The position numbers were made by a program, and so were the translations under genes. From the human T2T-CHM13v2.0 reference genome, Homo sapiens, in the NCBI RefSeq assembly GCF_009914755.1, contig NC_060935.1: 64,000 bases of DNA. The stretch is one strand, 5' to 3'. Below are positions 23,910-37,029 of this stretch, piece by piece. The first letter of the stretch is position 1, and each line of letters opens with the position of its first letter. The notes beneath the pieces are model-generated. The model ran no database searches and was not told the DNA's origin. It saw nothing but the letters and a program-made list of their open reading frames with translations.

Positions 23910-25000
23910 AAATTAATGGGAAGCCATTGGAGATTTTTTATTAATTAAGCAACATGATTAGATATGCACCTTTATAAGATCTTTCTGGTCACCGAGGAGA
24001 ATGGAGGGGACCATGAGTGGATGAGGAGAGATAACTTAGGAAGCTATTACTGTAGATCAGGTACTTGGACTAAAGCAATAATAGTAGATATGGAGGGCAT
24101 TGGGTTATTTCTTTAAAACTATTTGATGCAGAGCAAAGAACTAATTGTTAGAAAAATGGTTATTGTTACAAAAATTGTTAGGAAAATAGGATAGAGAGAG
24201 GTTATTTTCCAAAAGTTGAAGAAATGGCAGGGATAATTAGTAATAGTGAAGTGAGCTCAGCTGAAAGTGTGCATAGGAGTTCCACTCTCCTAGTTATTCA
24301 ATCCAAGTCTGGCTGAACACCAAGTATAGAAAGTGAATCGTTCTGGAAGAGCTATTTGTACATGACATTTTTATAATTAGAGTCATTTAGACTTGCAAGA
24401 AGAATTTGTAATTCTAAGTGACCTGGTGGTGAGCCACTTGGTCAGGCACTAGATTAGATACCTGGATAAGTATATAATTATCTGCATTCAAATGTGTCTA
24501 TATTATACTTTATATTTTCTCATATTTGATTTTTACACTCTGATCCCCAAGTTAGTTGGTCATTTGTGAATACCATGGAGTCATAAGGTCCTGATAAAAA
24601 CAGAGGTGGCTTTAGAGATATACCTTAAGGAAGACAGCAGGAGATCTAGTCTGAGACACGTTGAGAAAAATGGTCTGTAGCTGGATAAGCTTGGAAAAGA
24701 CCATATACTCTATCCTCCTTTTGGAAATTTATAATGCATGTGAAGATCCCTAGAAATGAAAAACAAAGTCGAGTTTATTACTTGACATGTAAGGGAGAGC
24801 TATATCATTCAATGTGATGGGAGTGAGTCTTTCTGAGTTAAAAGAGGAAAGATGAAATCTAGGATAAGAACTGGAAGTTTTGCTTCAATAAGGCAGGATC
24901 TTGAAGACTATCACTGATTGGTTAAGTAGAGGATTGTAAAGTAAAGTATTATTTTGGAATGACAATTGCTCTGGTTTTCAATAATTATGGGACAGGTCTT

Positions 25001-26385
25001 TTTTTTCTTCCAACTTTTATTTTGGGTCGAGGGAGTACACGTGCAGGTTTGTTATAGGGGTAAATTGCTTGTCAGTGAGGTTTGATGCACAAATGATCCC
25101 ATCACCCAGGTAGTGAGCACAGTACCCAGTAGGTAGTTTTTTGATCCTCACTCTTCTCCCTCCCTCCACCCTCAAGTAGGCCCCAGTGTCTGTTGTCTCC
25201 ATGGTGTCCGTGTGTACTCAATGTTTAGCTCCCACTTATAAGTGAGAACATGTGGTATCTTGTTTTCTGTTCCTGCGTTAATTTGCTTACAATAATGGCT
25301 TCCAGCTCCATCCATTTTGCTGCAGAAGACATGATGTCATTCTTTTTTGTGGCTGCATAGTATTCCATGGTATATATGTACCACATTTTCTTTATCCAGT
25401 CCACCATTGAGGGGTATTTAGGTTGATTCCATGTCTTTGCTATTGTGGAATAGTGCTGCAATGAACATATGTGTGCATGTGTCTTTATGGTAGAAGGATT
25501 TATATTCTTTTGGGTTTAAACCCAGTAATGGGATTGCTGGGTCAAATAGCAATTCTGTTTTACATTCAAGAAATCTCCAAATTGCTTTCCACAGTAGCTG
25601 AACTAATTTACATTCCCACCAGCAGTGTATATTCATTCCCCTTTCTCTGCAACCTTGCCGGCATCTGTTATTTCTCTTTTACTTTTTAATAATAGCCATT
25701 CTGACTGGTATGAGATGGTATCCCGTTGTAGTTTTGATTTGTATTTCTTTAATGATTAGTGATGTTGGGCATTTTTTTCCTTGTATTTGTTGGCCACATG
25801 TATGTCTTCTTTTGAGAAGTGTCTGTTCATGTCCTTTGCCCATTTTTTAATGGAATTGTTTGTTTTTTGCTTGTTGAATTGTTTAAGTTCCTTATAGATT
25901 CTGGATATTAGACTTTTGTCAGGTGCATAATTTTCAAATGTTTTCTCCCATTCTGTAGGTTGTCTGTGTACCCTGCTGATAGTTTCTTTTGCTGTGCAGA
26001 AGCTCCTTAGTTTAATTAGGTCCCACTTGTCAATTTTTGTTTTTGCTGCAGTTGCCTTTGGAGTCTTCATCATGAAATCTTTGCCAGGTCCTATGTCCAG
26101 AATGCTATTTCCTATGTTTTCTTCTAGGGTGTTTTATAGTTTTAGGTTTTATATTTAAATCTTTACTCCATCTTGAGCTGATTTTTGTATATAGTGAAAG
26201 GGAGGGATCCAGTTTCAATCTTCTGCATATGGCTAGCCAATTGTCCCAGCATCATTTATTGAATAGGGAGTCCTTTCCCCATTGCTTGTTTTTGTCAACT
26301 TTGTTGAAGATCAGATGGTTGCAGGTGTGTGGCTTTATTTCTGGGTTTTCTAACCCGTTCCATTGGTCTCTGTGTCTGTTTCTGT
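25001..26385 (-). mobile_element. 5'-truncated L1PA (older primate L1): ORF2 3' end + 3' UTR
   Basis: ORF2 peptides [21 protein letters not shown] and IAKTWNQPKYPS; degenerate TSD tatggg(c)aca(g/a)gtctt. Confidence 0.93.
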
Positions 26386-28227
26386 ATGGGCACAAGTCTT
26401 AATGAATTCCAAGATAGGATGAATAAAGCTATGCTGGGTTCAAGGTCATATAGGAGGTACTTTCATACACATATGCTTGAGATTTGGAAATTTTTTTTTC
26501 TAATTTAGTGTTATGGATTCTTAGAAGTTCAATAGTGAAGGAACCTACTTAATCTTTTCTAACTCTGCATTCCCCCCACCCAGTTTGAATTCTGAGTCCT
26601 GTTTATGAATATCCTGTGGCATCATGAAAACACTGCTATACTGAAGTGTGTGTATTTTCAAAAACAAATTAACTCTAAAGTTCATTGTTAAAGATTTGTT
26701 TCAGGTCTATCCAGGTGCTCACCTTTGTCATTAAAGTTATTGATACTAGAAAAATAATATCCAGGGATCTGGGTAGGTTGTTCGTGATATTGTTTGAATG
26801 GATCTTTGTGTAATTCCTTACTCTTCTGGAGAAAAGTAGAATAGGAAAGACATTTTGGCTTTAGAGACCTGAGAAACAGTAGGGTACAATGTGAGGTCTC
26901 AAGTTCTGTCTTGTCTCTGTGGCCACGGCTCCTTTTCTTTAAAACAGCACTCTACCTTCTCTGGACACTGGAGGCTGCCCACAATCTCCTTCATGTCTTT
27001 GCCTCCCCTGTAGGTGAAGGAAAGTCAGATTTTAGGCATGGTTCCCTGAAAGTCTTCTTGTAATTCATATCATTCTTGATGTTCAGGAGGCTTCACCGTT
27101 GGATAGACTTCTGTAATTCTAGGATTTCCAACTCCGAGAACTAATACCCCTGCAGACTAATACCCACACACACACAAATGCACACACACACACACACAAA
27201 CACACACGTTTTTTCCCGGTAGAATCAGTACCAGGAACATAGCTTGGTACATGATATCAATATATCAGTAAGACATAAACATGCATGAATAAATGTTGTC
27301 TATTTGAAGTTTCATGAATTGAAGCCTGGTGGTATTCTCATACCTGTTCTTCCCCCCTTCCTCCTTTTCTTGGATCTGCCAAAATGTTTTTATCCTACCC
27401 TCTGTCTGCCATTAGACATGAAACCCTTAAGGTCATAGGCTAGGCCCAGAGAAACTAATATTTATGAGATTTGAAGGCAAATTTTTAAAAACTTTTTTAA
27501 AATAATAATATAACCCAGATGTTCCAACACCTCTAGATTTAGGTTACCTTGAGTACTTGCCCAAGCCCCTGCAAATGTGAAGTGCTTCCTAAAATTTCTG
27601 CGTATTCTGTGGCCATCTCTGTGAGATTCTCTATGGGCTGTTTCTAATCCAAATTATGTCATTCCAGACATGAAACGTTATTCCTCCTTGACTCACACAC
27701 AACGCACACATATATGAATGCATGTGACATGCATGTTCTGTTCATACATGCATTTGGTAATATAGAAGACTTTACTGAAGGTTTGAGGGGGAGACAGATT
27801 AACATTGTAGAAATGTGACTTCAAACTGAGCATTAGGCATCCCCATTCTTAAACTGCTTTCTAGGTGCCCTGACGCTGGGGAATTTCCACTGACTTCTTC
27901 CCACAGACTCCTCTGCTTTGCTCCATTTTGGGGTTCCTTTTTTCTTCCTTTCTCTGTCATTTTCTTTTTTGAGAAATATTAACTATTACCTTTTTTTCCT
28001 CATTCAGGGCACTCTAAACCATTCTTTGATGACAGAGCTCATGATAATATTGATGTCCTTAGGTTCTCTCTCTTCCTTTATCTCCAAATGATCTATTTCT
28101 CCTGCACAGCTCCAAGACAGTTCCCTCTCTAAGAGAAAATCAGGTACAGCAGTTGAGATAATAACATTTTTGCCTCATTACATTTTGTTTTGAATTTTCA
28201 ATTCAATATTAAAAGGAATGTGTGCAG

Positions 28228-28851
28228 TGTTGATGAAAGGAGTCAAACTCTGCAAAATATTGGAAGAGATTTATTCTGAGCCCAATATGAGTGACCATGG
28301 CCTGTGGCACAGCCCTCAGGAGATCCTGAGAACATGTGCCTAAGGTGGTTGGGGCACAGCTTGGATTTATACACTTTAGAGAGACATGAGACATCAGTCA
28401 GATACATTTAGGGTATACATTGGTTCTGTCCAGAAAGGCAGGACAACTTGAAGTGGGGAGTGGGGGGCTTCCAGGTTATAGGTAGATTTAAAAATGTTCT
28501 GATTGGCAATTGGTTGAAAGAGTTACTATCAATAGAAAGGAATGTCTGGGTTATGATAAGGGGTTGTGGAGACCAAAGTTTTATCATGCAAATGAAGCTT
28601 CCAGGTAGTAAGCTTCAGAGAGAATAGATTGTACATTTGTAAATGTTTCTTATCACACTTCAGGTCTGTGTTGATGTTAAATGCTGGTTGGCTTTTCCTG
28701 AATTCCAAAAGGGAGGAGGGCATAATGAGGTGTGTCTGACCCCTTCTTCCCGTCATGACCCAAACCAGTCTTTCAGGTTAACTTTGGAGTGCCCTGGCCA
28801 AGAGGAGGAGTCCATTCAGATGGTTGAGAGGCCCTTAGAATTTGGTTTACA
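28228..28851 (-). mobile_element. MER4-group (D/E-like) ERV1 solo LTR
   Basis: TG..CA ends; perfect 4-bp TSD GCAG. Confidence 0.85.
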
Positions 28852-29053
28852 GCAGTAATTTTTTTTTTTAGTCATAGTTTTAATGGTCTTTTAATGCTAG
28901 TTTTTCTTTACTGTTGGGAAGAGACATATCTAATACTCATTATCACAAACTGAATCACCTGCATCATCATTCCCTAAAAAGATATCTTGCCTGAAGACAA
29001 GGGTCAGATCAGTAGGTTTGTAGCCTACTTTGAGGGACTTTGCACACTAACCC

Positions 29054-29529
29054 TGAAACCAGCCCAATTGTTCCACACAAAAGATATTTATGGATTTTTA
29101 AATGAACACAGAAATTGACACTCTGTCTTAAAACCTGAAACTTACATTTGTCTTAACTGAGTTCCTTCCTCAGGAAACTGACCCTCAGGCAAGAGACTGA
29201 AACCCACTAGTTCACCAATCCAGACAACAAGATGCCAGGCCCCTCATTCATCATGATGGCTTCCTTACCCCTCCCTAATTCCTATTTTCTCACCTTACCA
29301 GCTCTTCTTCCTTACCCCTCTCTAACTCCTATTCTCCCTCCCTTCCACTATATATAAACCTCCCAAATTTAGTTGGTTGGGGAGATGGATTTGAGACTCT
29401 ACCTCCCATTTTTCTTGGCTGCAGCATTCAGTTAAAGCCTTCTTCCCTGGCAATGCTCAGTGACTCAGTGATTGATGTTCTGTGCAGCAAACACCAGGAC
29501 CTGACTGAACCCTGGGGGTTTTGGTGACA
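29054..29529 (+). mobile_element. ERV1 solo LTR (MER66-like)
   Basis: tgaaaccagcccaattg...ggtgaca; TATA and poly(A)-like motifs; paralogous to 56040-56523. Confidence 0.7.
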
Positions 29530-30366
29530 ATCCTACATGTGAGCCCTGAACTTCATGTAACCTTGGGGCTGCATTTTCCAGTAGGAAAGTGTTTCTAGAT
29601 ATATTGGCTCTGAGACTTTTCCTAGCTTCCTAGGTACATGGTCTACTTATATTGGAGCCCAGAAACTGCTGTAATCCATGAACTGCAAATGGAAATTTTT
29701 TACAAGATGTTCTCAAGTTTTGGTATTATCTGAGGATGAACACCTCTAAGTTTATCTAAAAATTTGTATTATTTCAAGATGGAAGTCCCCTTATTGAGAT
29801 ATTATCAAACAAAAAGCTGATTCATTTCAAATATTTTGGAAGGACCATTAGAATTATTAGAAGTCTGTAGCGTGCTTCTCTCATGATAAAGATGATAGGA
29901 ACTAAGAAAATGAGATGTGGAATGTTTTATGTTTTTGACAAGAAGATGAGGCAAAGAGGGTGGTCATAAAAAAAAAGATGGTGGTCATAAATAAAGAGGG
30001 AGACAGGATTCCTTATACATTTTTAAAGTTGTTGACATTTGTCTCTGACCTTAGTGGTTTCTACTTTCAGTTTGCAGTTGACAAGTCCAGAGTTCTACTT
30101 CATGCATCTGAGGATATACTGGGACTTCCTTGTTGAAGAATTACATTGTTTCTTCTCAAGAAAAACTCCTAGTTCATTTACATGTAACAAGTTCTCATGG
30201 GAGACCTTAACCATCATGGTTTGCTTTTGCATCTTTATCTTACTATAGCATTGAATCAGAACTTCTGGGATTTGGGGGGAGCCTGTTTTACCAAACTTCT
30301 CCAAAATCCTCTCTCAACTTTCATTGTTTTTATCTGCATTAAGCTCACTTTGATGTGTTGCATGTT

Positions 30367-31305
30367 TTACTTTGCATGACCAGTCTTTGGGCAAGTCATT
30401 GCCTTTCTTAAGGCTCCCTTCACCTCCTTGTTTCTAATAGTATAAATAAAGGGATTCAGAAGGGGGGTGAGGATAGTATTTAGCACAGACACCACCTTAT
30501 TAATCTTAAAGGAGGAGTGTGCTGTGGGTCTTAGGTACATGAACAGAACAGCCCCGTAGAGCAGGGAGACAACTGTCAGGTGCGAGGCACAGGTAGAGAA
30601 AGTCTTTTGGTGGCCAGTGGCTGAAGGAATTCGTAGGATTGCGGACAGAATGTAGATATAAGAAATCATATTAAAGAGAAGTGACCCTGGGATCACAAGG
30701 ATGGTTGCTATGACGCCCAGGAGTTCCAAAATGCTGGTGTCTATGCAGGCGGCTTTCAAACTGGGCCCAACATCACAGTAGAAATGACTGATAACATTAT
30801 TGCCACAGAATGGCAACTGGATGAGCAGCATCGTCTGACAAAAGACAATGGTGAAGCCCACCACCCAGGAGCTCAGGGCCAGCTGCAGGCAGAGTTTGCT
30901 GGTCATGATGGTGGGGTGGTGAAGGGGATTGCAGATGGTGAGGTAGCGGTCAAAAGACATGATAGTGAGGATCAAGAACTCGGTGGTGCCCACGAAGAAG
31001 TGGAAGAAGGCCTGCAGCAGGCAGCAGGACATGCAGATTACTGTTCTTGCCACTACAAAGGTTCCTAGCAGTTTGGGGATGACTGTGGTGGTGTACCAGA
31101 TTTCTAAGAAAGACAAGTTACAAAGGAAGAAGTACATTGGAATTTGTAGCCTGGGCTCAGCCCACACAGTGGCAATAATAAGCCCATTGCCTGCAAGGGT
31201 TAATATGTAGGTGAGAAAGATTGCAATAAAGAGAGGTGTTTGTAGGCCTTGGATAACAGGAAAGCCTAGCAGGATGAATTCTGTGATTACTGTGCCATTT
31301 CTCAT
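30367..31305 (-). CDS. OR6X1: Olfactory receptor 6X1, intact 312 aa 7TM GPCR
   Basis: MRNGT (N-glycosylation), GN in TM1, PMYFFL, MSFDRYLTIC, HFYCD, KTFSTCASHL, PLLNPFIY; acceptor cttgtctttctag| 13 nt before the ATG (exon starts 31318). Confidence 0.93.
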   Translation of the reverse strand: MRNGTVITEFILLGFPVIQGLQTPLFIAIFLTYILTLAGNGLIIATVWAEPRLQIPMYFFLCNLSFLEIWYTTTVIPKLLGTFVVARTVICMSCCLLQAFFHFFVGTTEFLILTIMSFDRYLTICNPLHHPTIMTSKLCLQLALSSWVVGFTIVFCQTMLLIQLPFCGNNVISHFYCDVGPSLKAACIDTSILELLGVIATILVIPGSLLFNMISYIYILSAILRIPSATGHQKTFSTCASHLTVVSLLYGAVLFMYLRPTAHSSFKINKVVSVLNTILTPLLNPFIYTIRNKEVKGALRKAMTCPKTGHAK

Positions 31306-32820
31306 GTCCCTTGATACCCTAGAAAGACAAGCAAGAAAGCTCCTTAGAATCTTAGAGCACAGTTGATTATAGTTGGGACAAAAAATAAGGAGGATTCTGA
31401 CTATGTAAGGTCCTTCGGGACCTGACTCTATTTCAGGTCCTCCCTCACCCACATACAAATACGCACTGGCCACCCCTTCTTTACTGATGATTTGGCTGGT
31501 TCTTTTGTCAGCAAAACCAGCTTCTAATGGACTTTGAATGTATTAAAAACACTTGATGAATGCAAAGTGTTTTTTCACCCTTATACAACTATGAGAATAA
31601 TCATGTGAAATGTGGTTGCTTCTTGTCAATTATTCATATAACTATTTTCAATGCATAGTGTGTATACCAACTTATGTACGTAAACGTGGCTGTGAGTTCA
31701 TAAGAAATTAATCCCTATTCTCAGAGTCTGAAAAAGAAGTTACTGATTACATTACAGATACGTTTAAGGAAGCCATTATTGTGTGTGGGTGTGAGTGTGT
31801 GTCTTAAAATAACCCCAAATCATTGCTATTATATTAGTGGTGAGATAAAGTTAGATAACAGAAGAGGTGTTTTTCTGAAGAATCCACTTCCACATTCTAG
31901 TTCAGACTCCTTTGCTAAAGGTATCAAAAATAACATTTAAAACTAAATGAATAAAACTGTTTAGGAAGTAGAGAAATATTCAACTCAAATTCAAAATTTC
32001 AGAACAAGCTGAGTCAAAGCCTGTTATATGGAAGCACCTAATAAATGTACATGGGATAAAGATCTGCAGACACTAACCTACAAAAGTGAAAGGTTAGCAA
32101 ATGCTAAGGATAACAAAATGGGAACTCTGAAAAGTACATTTTTGTCAAAATTTTTTTTGTGACTAAATGTCTTTTTATACCAAGTAAAGTATTTCTATTT
32201 GTATATGCAAATTCATGGGCTGAGAACATCCTTTCTGTTCTACCAAAATTCAGTAGAAAATAGTAAAACTACTTCCTTTCTTATTGAGGCTATTCTTCCA
32301 TGTGGGTTTCCTTTGAAATGGGTGAGACAAATTACTGTGAAATGAATTTCACATTTTTCAAAGTACATAAGAAGCTTAGCATGAAAGAGGCAACTTACAG
32401 GTCATTGATAGGTTGTTTCATTCTTCCCTCATGTGAGATAACTGTAATTCTCTGAGGGCTTGCTTAGGGAAGAAAAACACTTCCATTTTCTCCCACCTCT
32501 TTTCTAGACCAGGAAAAGATTCTTTGTCTACAATGTCACAAGCTCTAGTGCCTTTCCACAAAACGATGAGAGACAGAGAAGTATTTGAATTTGCACTAAT
32601 GGCCAATATAACTGGCCACGAACGTGATCTCTTTATATAGGATAGATATGGAATTATCTTCATTCCCCATGCAGAGAAGAGTGGCAATCTCTATAGCTCA
32701 ATATAACATTTCCAAGGGCTACACATTCTACCATTTGGAGAATTAGACCTATGAATTCCACAAGCATTTGTTGAGAGCTTACTATGCTTCAAGTACTGCC
32801 AGGCAATTAAAGAGTTTATC

Positions 32821-32839
32821 AGATAGATAGATAGATAGG

Positions 32840-32906
<67 letters not shown>

Positions 32907-32908
32907 GT
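32821..32908 (+). repeat. Tetranucleotide STR (AGAT)4 AGGT (AGAT)16 AGGT
   Basis: Direct reading. Confidence 0.98.
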
Positions 32909-33284
32909 GGATACTATATATAGTATAATAATTGCAACATGACTCAGTGAGGGAAAGTGTAGAGCTGTGCACAGATTGTTTTAGAAACACTTAGAAGGGG
33001 CTCTTCGCCCATCTTTAGCAGGGGTTAAGGAAGTTTTTCTAAAGAAGGAGAGGCCTAAGCTGAGTCCTAGAGTTCAAAAGGAAATGAAAGTGAAGTAAGG
33101 AGAGAGGGGGAATGCATTCCAGACAAGGATTCAGTTTTTGTGAAATAGAACCAGAGCAGAGAATTTCACTTGAGCTGGAGCTGGGAGTCAGGCTTGTCCT
33201 GGCACTTATGGTAAATTAACAGTTAGAACAGTTTACACGAGAGATTCATGAAGCTTTTGGAGGACAGAATCTTGAGTCACGGAG

Positions 33285-33291
<7 letters not shown>

Positions 33292-33326
<35 letters not shown>
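33292..33326 (+). repeat. (GT)17 microsatellite
   Basis: Direct reading. Confidence 0.97.
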
Positions 33327-33328
<2 letters not shown>

Positions 33329-34324
33329 GTATGGTGTCAGCCATTCTCTGTAACACATGTACATGTGGATCTAAGCTTCATGGAGGAAGGGGCTGCAGGT
33401 GGTATGTGAATGACCTCTTTTGAGATTCTGGTCACAGACAGTACTGCCGTGGTATCCAGGTGACCATGTGGGACACATACAGGGGACAGACATACTCTCT
33501 CTGCTTTTGTCAGGAACATGGCTTGGTTTGGTAGCATGAGGGCCCAGGAGTAGCAGCAGCAGTGGCAGCAGAAATGATACCAGCAGAAGTGGCAGTGCCT
33601 GCTGAGGGGGCTGGTCCACAGCAGAAGGAATGCTGAGCAAGTAGAAGTGGCAGAAATGAGGAATCAGGCAGTAGCTGTCCTGACAGCTGCACGGACTGGG
33701 TTTTGAGCACATGAGAAGTTTTGTGAGATGCAGAGGGAGGTGGGGATGTCTCGAGTTAGCAGGTAAAAGCAATGTTCAGAGAAACACAGGAAAGCAACCC
33801 AAGGAACCTAAAGTTATAGAGCTAAGATGCTGGATTAAACACTGCAGTCTATATGCCTATTACAATTCAATCCTACACTCTAGACTTCTTCTTCCTTTTA
33901 AAAAGTCACAATGTATAGGGTCAAATGGATTCCTCCATATCCACCAGGGTCCAAGTCACCAGATCCTGTTAACTTTACTTCTTACTCACTCTCTAGTGTG
34001 TGTCCTTTCCGTCTCTCCCTGGCTCCGGTAAATCATGCTGTCATCTCCCATCAGGATTCGAACACAGCCTCCTAACAGGACTCCCTGTCTCCTGACTTGC
34101 TGTGCTCTTTCCTACCGATGGTTCAAACTGTAGCAAGGGGGACCATTCGAATTCTGACTACGCCACTCCTCAGAATCTTGAAGTTAACATCCCAGACTCC
34201 TCAGCATGACATTTAAGACCACCGATGATCTGGTCTTACCTACCTTTCCAGCATGATTTTCTGCCATTTGCCATTTTTCCTTCTGCCTTCTTCTATGCTC
34301 CACACTTACTGAATTACTCAGGTT

Positions 34325-34520
34325 TAGAGGTTAGCAAACTATGGCCCTGTTTTTGTAAAGTTTCACTAAAACATAGCCACACTCATCTGTTTACCTATTG
34401 CCTGTGGCTGCTTTTGTGCTATCATGGTGAAGTTTGGTAATTGTGACAGAGACCATATGACCCCCAAAGTCTAAAAGGTTTGCTATCTGGCCCTTTACAG
34501 AAACAGCTGGCTGACTCCTG
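34325..34520. mobile_element. MER58A hAT MITE within L2 remnant
   Basis: gttagcaaactatggcc...ctatctggccctttacagaaa. Confidence 0.8.
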
Positions 34521-36545
34521 CTCTAGTTCCCCAATTATGCCATCTTCTTTCTTGCCTCCCAGTCATTGCACCTGCTGTTCTCTTCACCAGAAATACCCTT
34601 CCCGACTTTCTCCATTATTTGGCTAAGTCTTGTCTGAATTCTAGATTTAAGTTTAGGAGCCACCTCCATGGGAAGCCTTCCTTAACTTGCCACCTCTAGT
34701 CCAGTTAAGGTGCTGCTCCTACACACTTTTCTAATGCCCTGTGCATATCTATACCTGAACACTTTGCAGAATTGTGTTTATTGTTTGCTTGGTGTCTGCT
34801 ATAGACTCTAAGCCCCTTGCAGGCAGCAACAGTGTCTGCAGGGCCGAAGCATAGAGCTTGACACAAAATAAGCTCTCAAAACATAGTTTCTAAATGATTA
34901 TATAAATGGATAGCTTGTTGACACTCTGTCCCCAGTTACCTAGAAGTTTATGGAAACTGACACATGCACATGTTTATACATGTCACCGTTTCCTGTATTT
35001 CAAGTGCTCAAGTCATATCATAACAGGGACTCTTTGCTAAATAATTTGTCTCCAAGTTTTCTTCTGCTTCCAACTTTTTCTGATGTGAGTTTTGCCGCAT
35101 GAAAACCTTTCTGCTCCATCTTTCCCTAATCAGGGATATGCTGGTGTTTTGTTTTGTTTTTACTGTGTTCTGGTTCTTTTCCCAGCTTCTTCAGGCTGCC
35201 TGAGTACAGATAATTTTCTTAACTCATTTAATGCTCAATTGCTTGAAATTGTATTGAGTCATTTTTTTCTGAGTTTTGTTGTGCGATAAAGAATCCCACA
35301 TTTTCTAAAACTTTTTATAGTTTTAGAAGAAGACAAAAAGAAGAAAAGTATTAACATATTTTCTTCTCTGGATAACAGCAAAATGTTCCAAGTCTTGTTT
35401 GTTTATTTATTTGTTTGTTTTTAAATTGCTGATGAAGACCAATTTCAATTTTCAAGACTTTGATTATGGAATAAATTTGAATATGCCCAGTGGTGTAGAA
35501 CTCTAAAACAGAAACATTAAGTACATATAGAATAAGCTTCACAAAGAGAAATAAACCAAGATTCATCACTCAGGGGACTTGTGCTAAGCTGAAACTTGAA
35601 TGAAGAACCAATTTGAAATTCCTTTCAAGGACTGATGGTTCTAGGTAAGATGTGGTGAATAAAGACTGCTTTTCTGAGGAAGATCCAAGTCCAGGTCATT
35701 GTGATGACTTTTCTACATGATACCAAAATTGATTTATTAGGATTTACTTTAAGACTTCAAGGGGTCAAGTCTAGCTGTATCAATTCATTCTAGAGAAAAG
35801 CAAAGGTTTTTCCAAAATAGTACTCTTTCTTGGTGACAAAGCAATACTTACAGCACTACTGATTTCCAGGAAAACACTTCCAGCCGCAAGGTGTGTCCTT
35901 GCCCACAGTAGACTGACAGAAAAGGAGAGCTGGGTTATAAAGGCAGTATAATTGGAACAGAAAATTTTTCTTTTTTTTCTGCACAGAAAATGAATCTCTT
36001 TTTCTATACTTTAATGCAAGTGTCCTTATGCATTACTGAATTGTATTCATAAAGCTTTCATGACATGGCAAGGTTTCTTCAGCATTTAGGAGAATTGTAT
36101 TGAGAGTAATTAATTCATCTGTTCCTGCTAGGTCAGGATACCTTCTCTGAAAATAACAATTTGTTAGTGGGACATTTTCACAGGTTCCTATGAGACATCA
36201 GTCTGCATGGATTTGCTCCAGAGAGTCCCAGGAGATAGGGAAGTTCTCACTAAAAGTTTATTCACAAGTCAAGCTGAGGAATTTGTAGTTTTCTAAATTC
36301 TAATTGGTATCAATCATTCCTGCACTCCTGAGGTAATTAACCAAAGTCTGAGAATCTTTTAATTTTGTAAGTTTTTAGATCTTGGATTTCTCAGTTCTCC
36401 AAGAAGGAAAATTATTGACATCTTAATAAATAAATGGGGTCCTTTAATGAACTGAATTGAATCAAAGGTAGTCAATTTGGTCAATAATATAAAAATGGCC
36501 ATGTATTCAGAAATGTGAGATTGAACAGAATAAAAATTGCATTCA

Positions 36546-36840
<295 letters not shown>

Positions 36841-37029
36841 GAAATTGCATTCAGTTTTCTTGTGAACTATCTTATGGGGATAAATGAAAAGACAGGGGCC
36901 TAAAGTATTGAGGGTCATGTAGAGAGTTCATGGATATTGCATGTGTAACTAATTATTGGAGAAGGCTCTCTGCAAAACAGGAACATAAGAGTTGGAATTG
37001 TAACTTGAAAATCAACGCTAATGAGGATG

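Noticed and set aside
25017-26073. ORFs resembling the C-terminus of a reverse-transcriptase protein
   Set aside because: Frameshifted L1 ORF2 remnants of a truncated element
30784-31210. Plus-strand ORFs over OR6X1
   Set aside because: Antisense shadows of a real CDS
31306-31473. 56-aa N-terminal extension of the OR in the ORF track
   Set aside because: Starts at GTG and crosses a clear splice acceptor at 31319-31320; the true start is MRNGT at 31305
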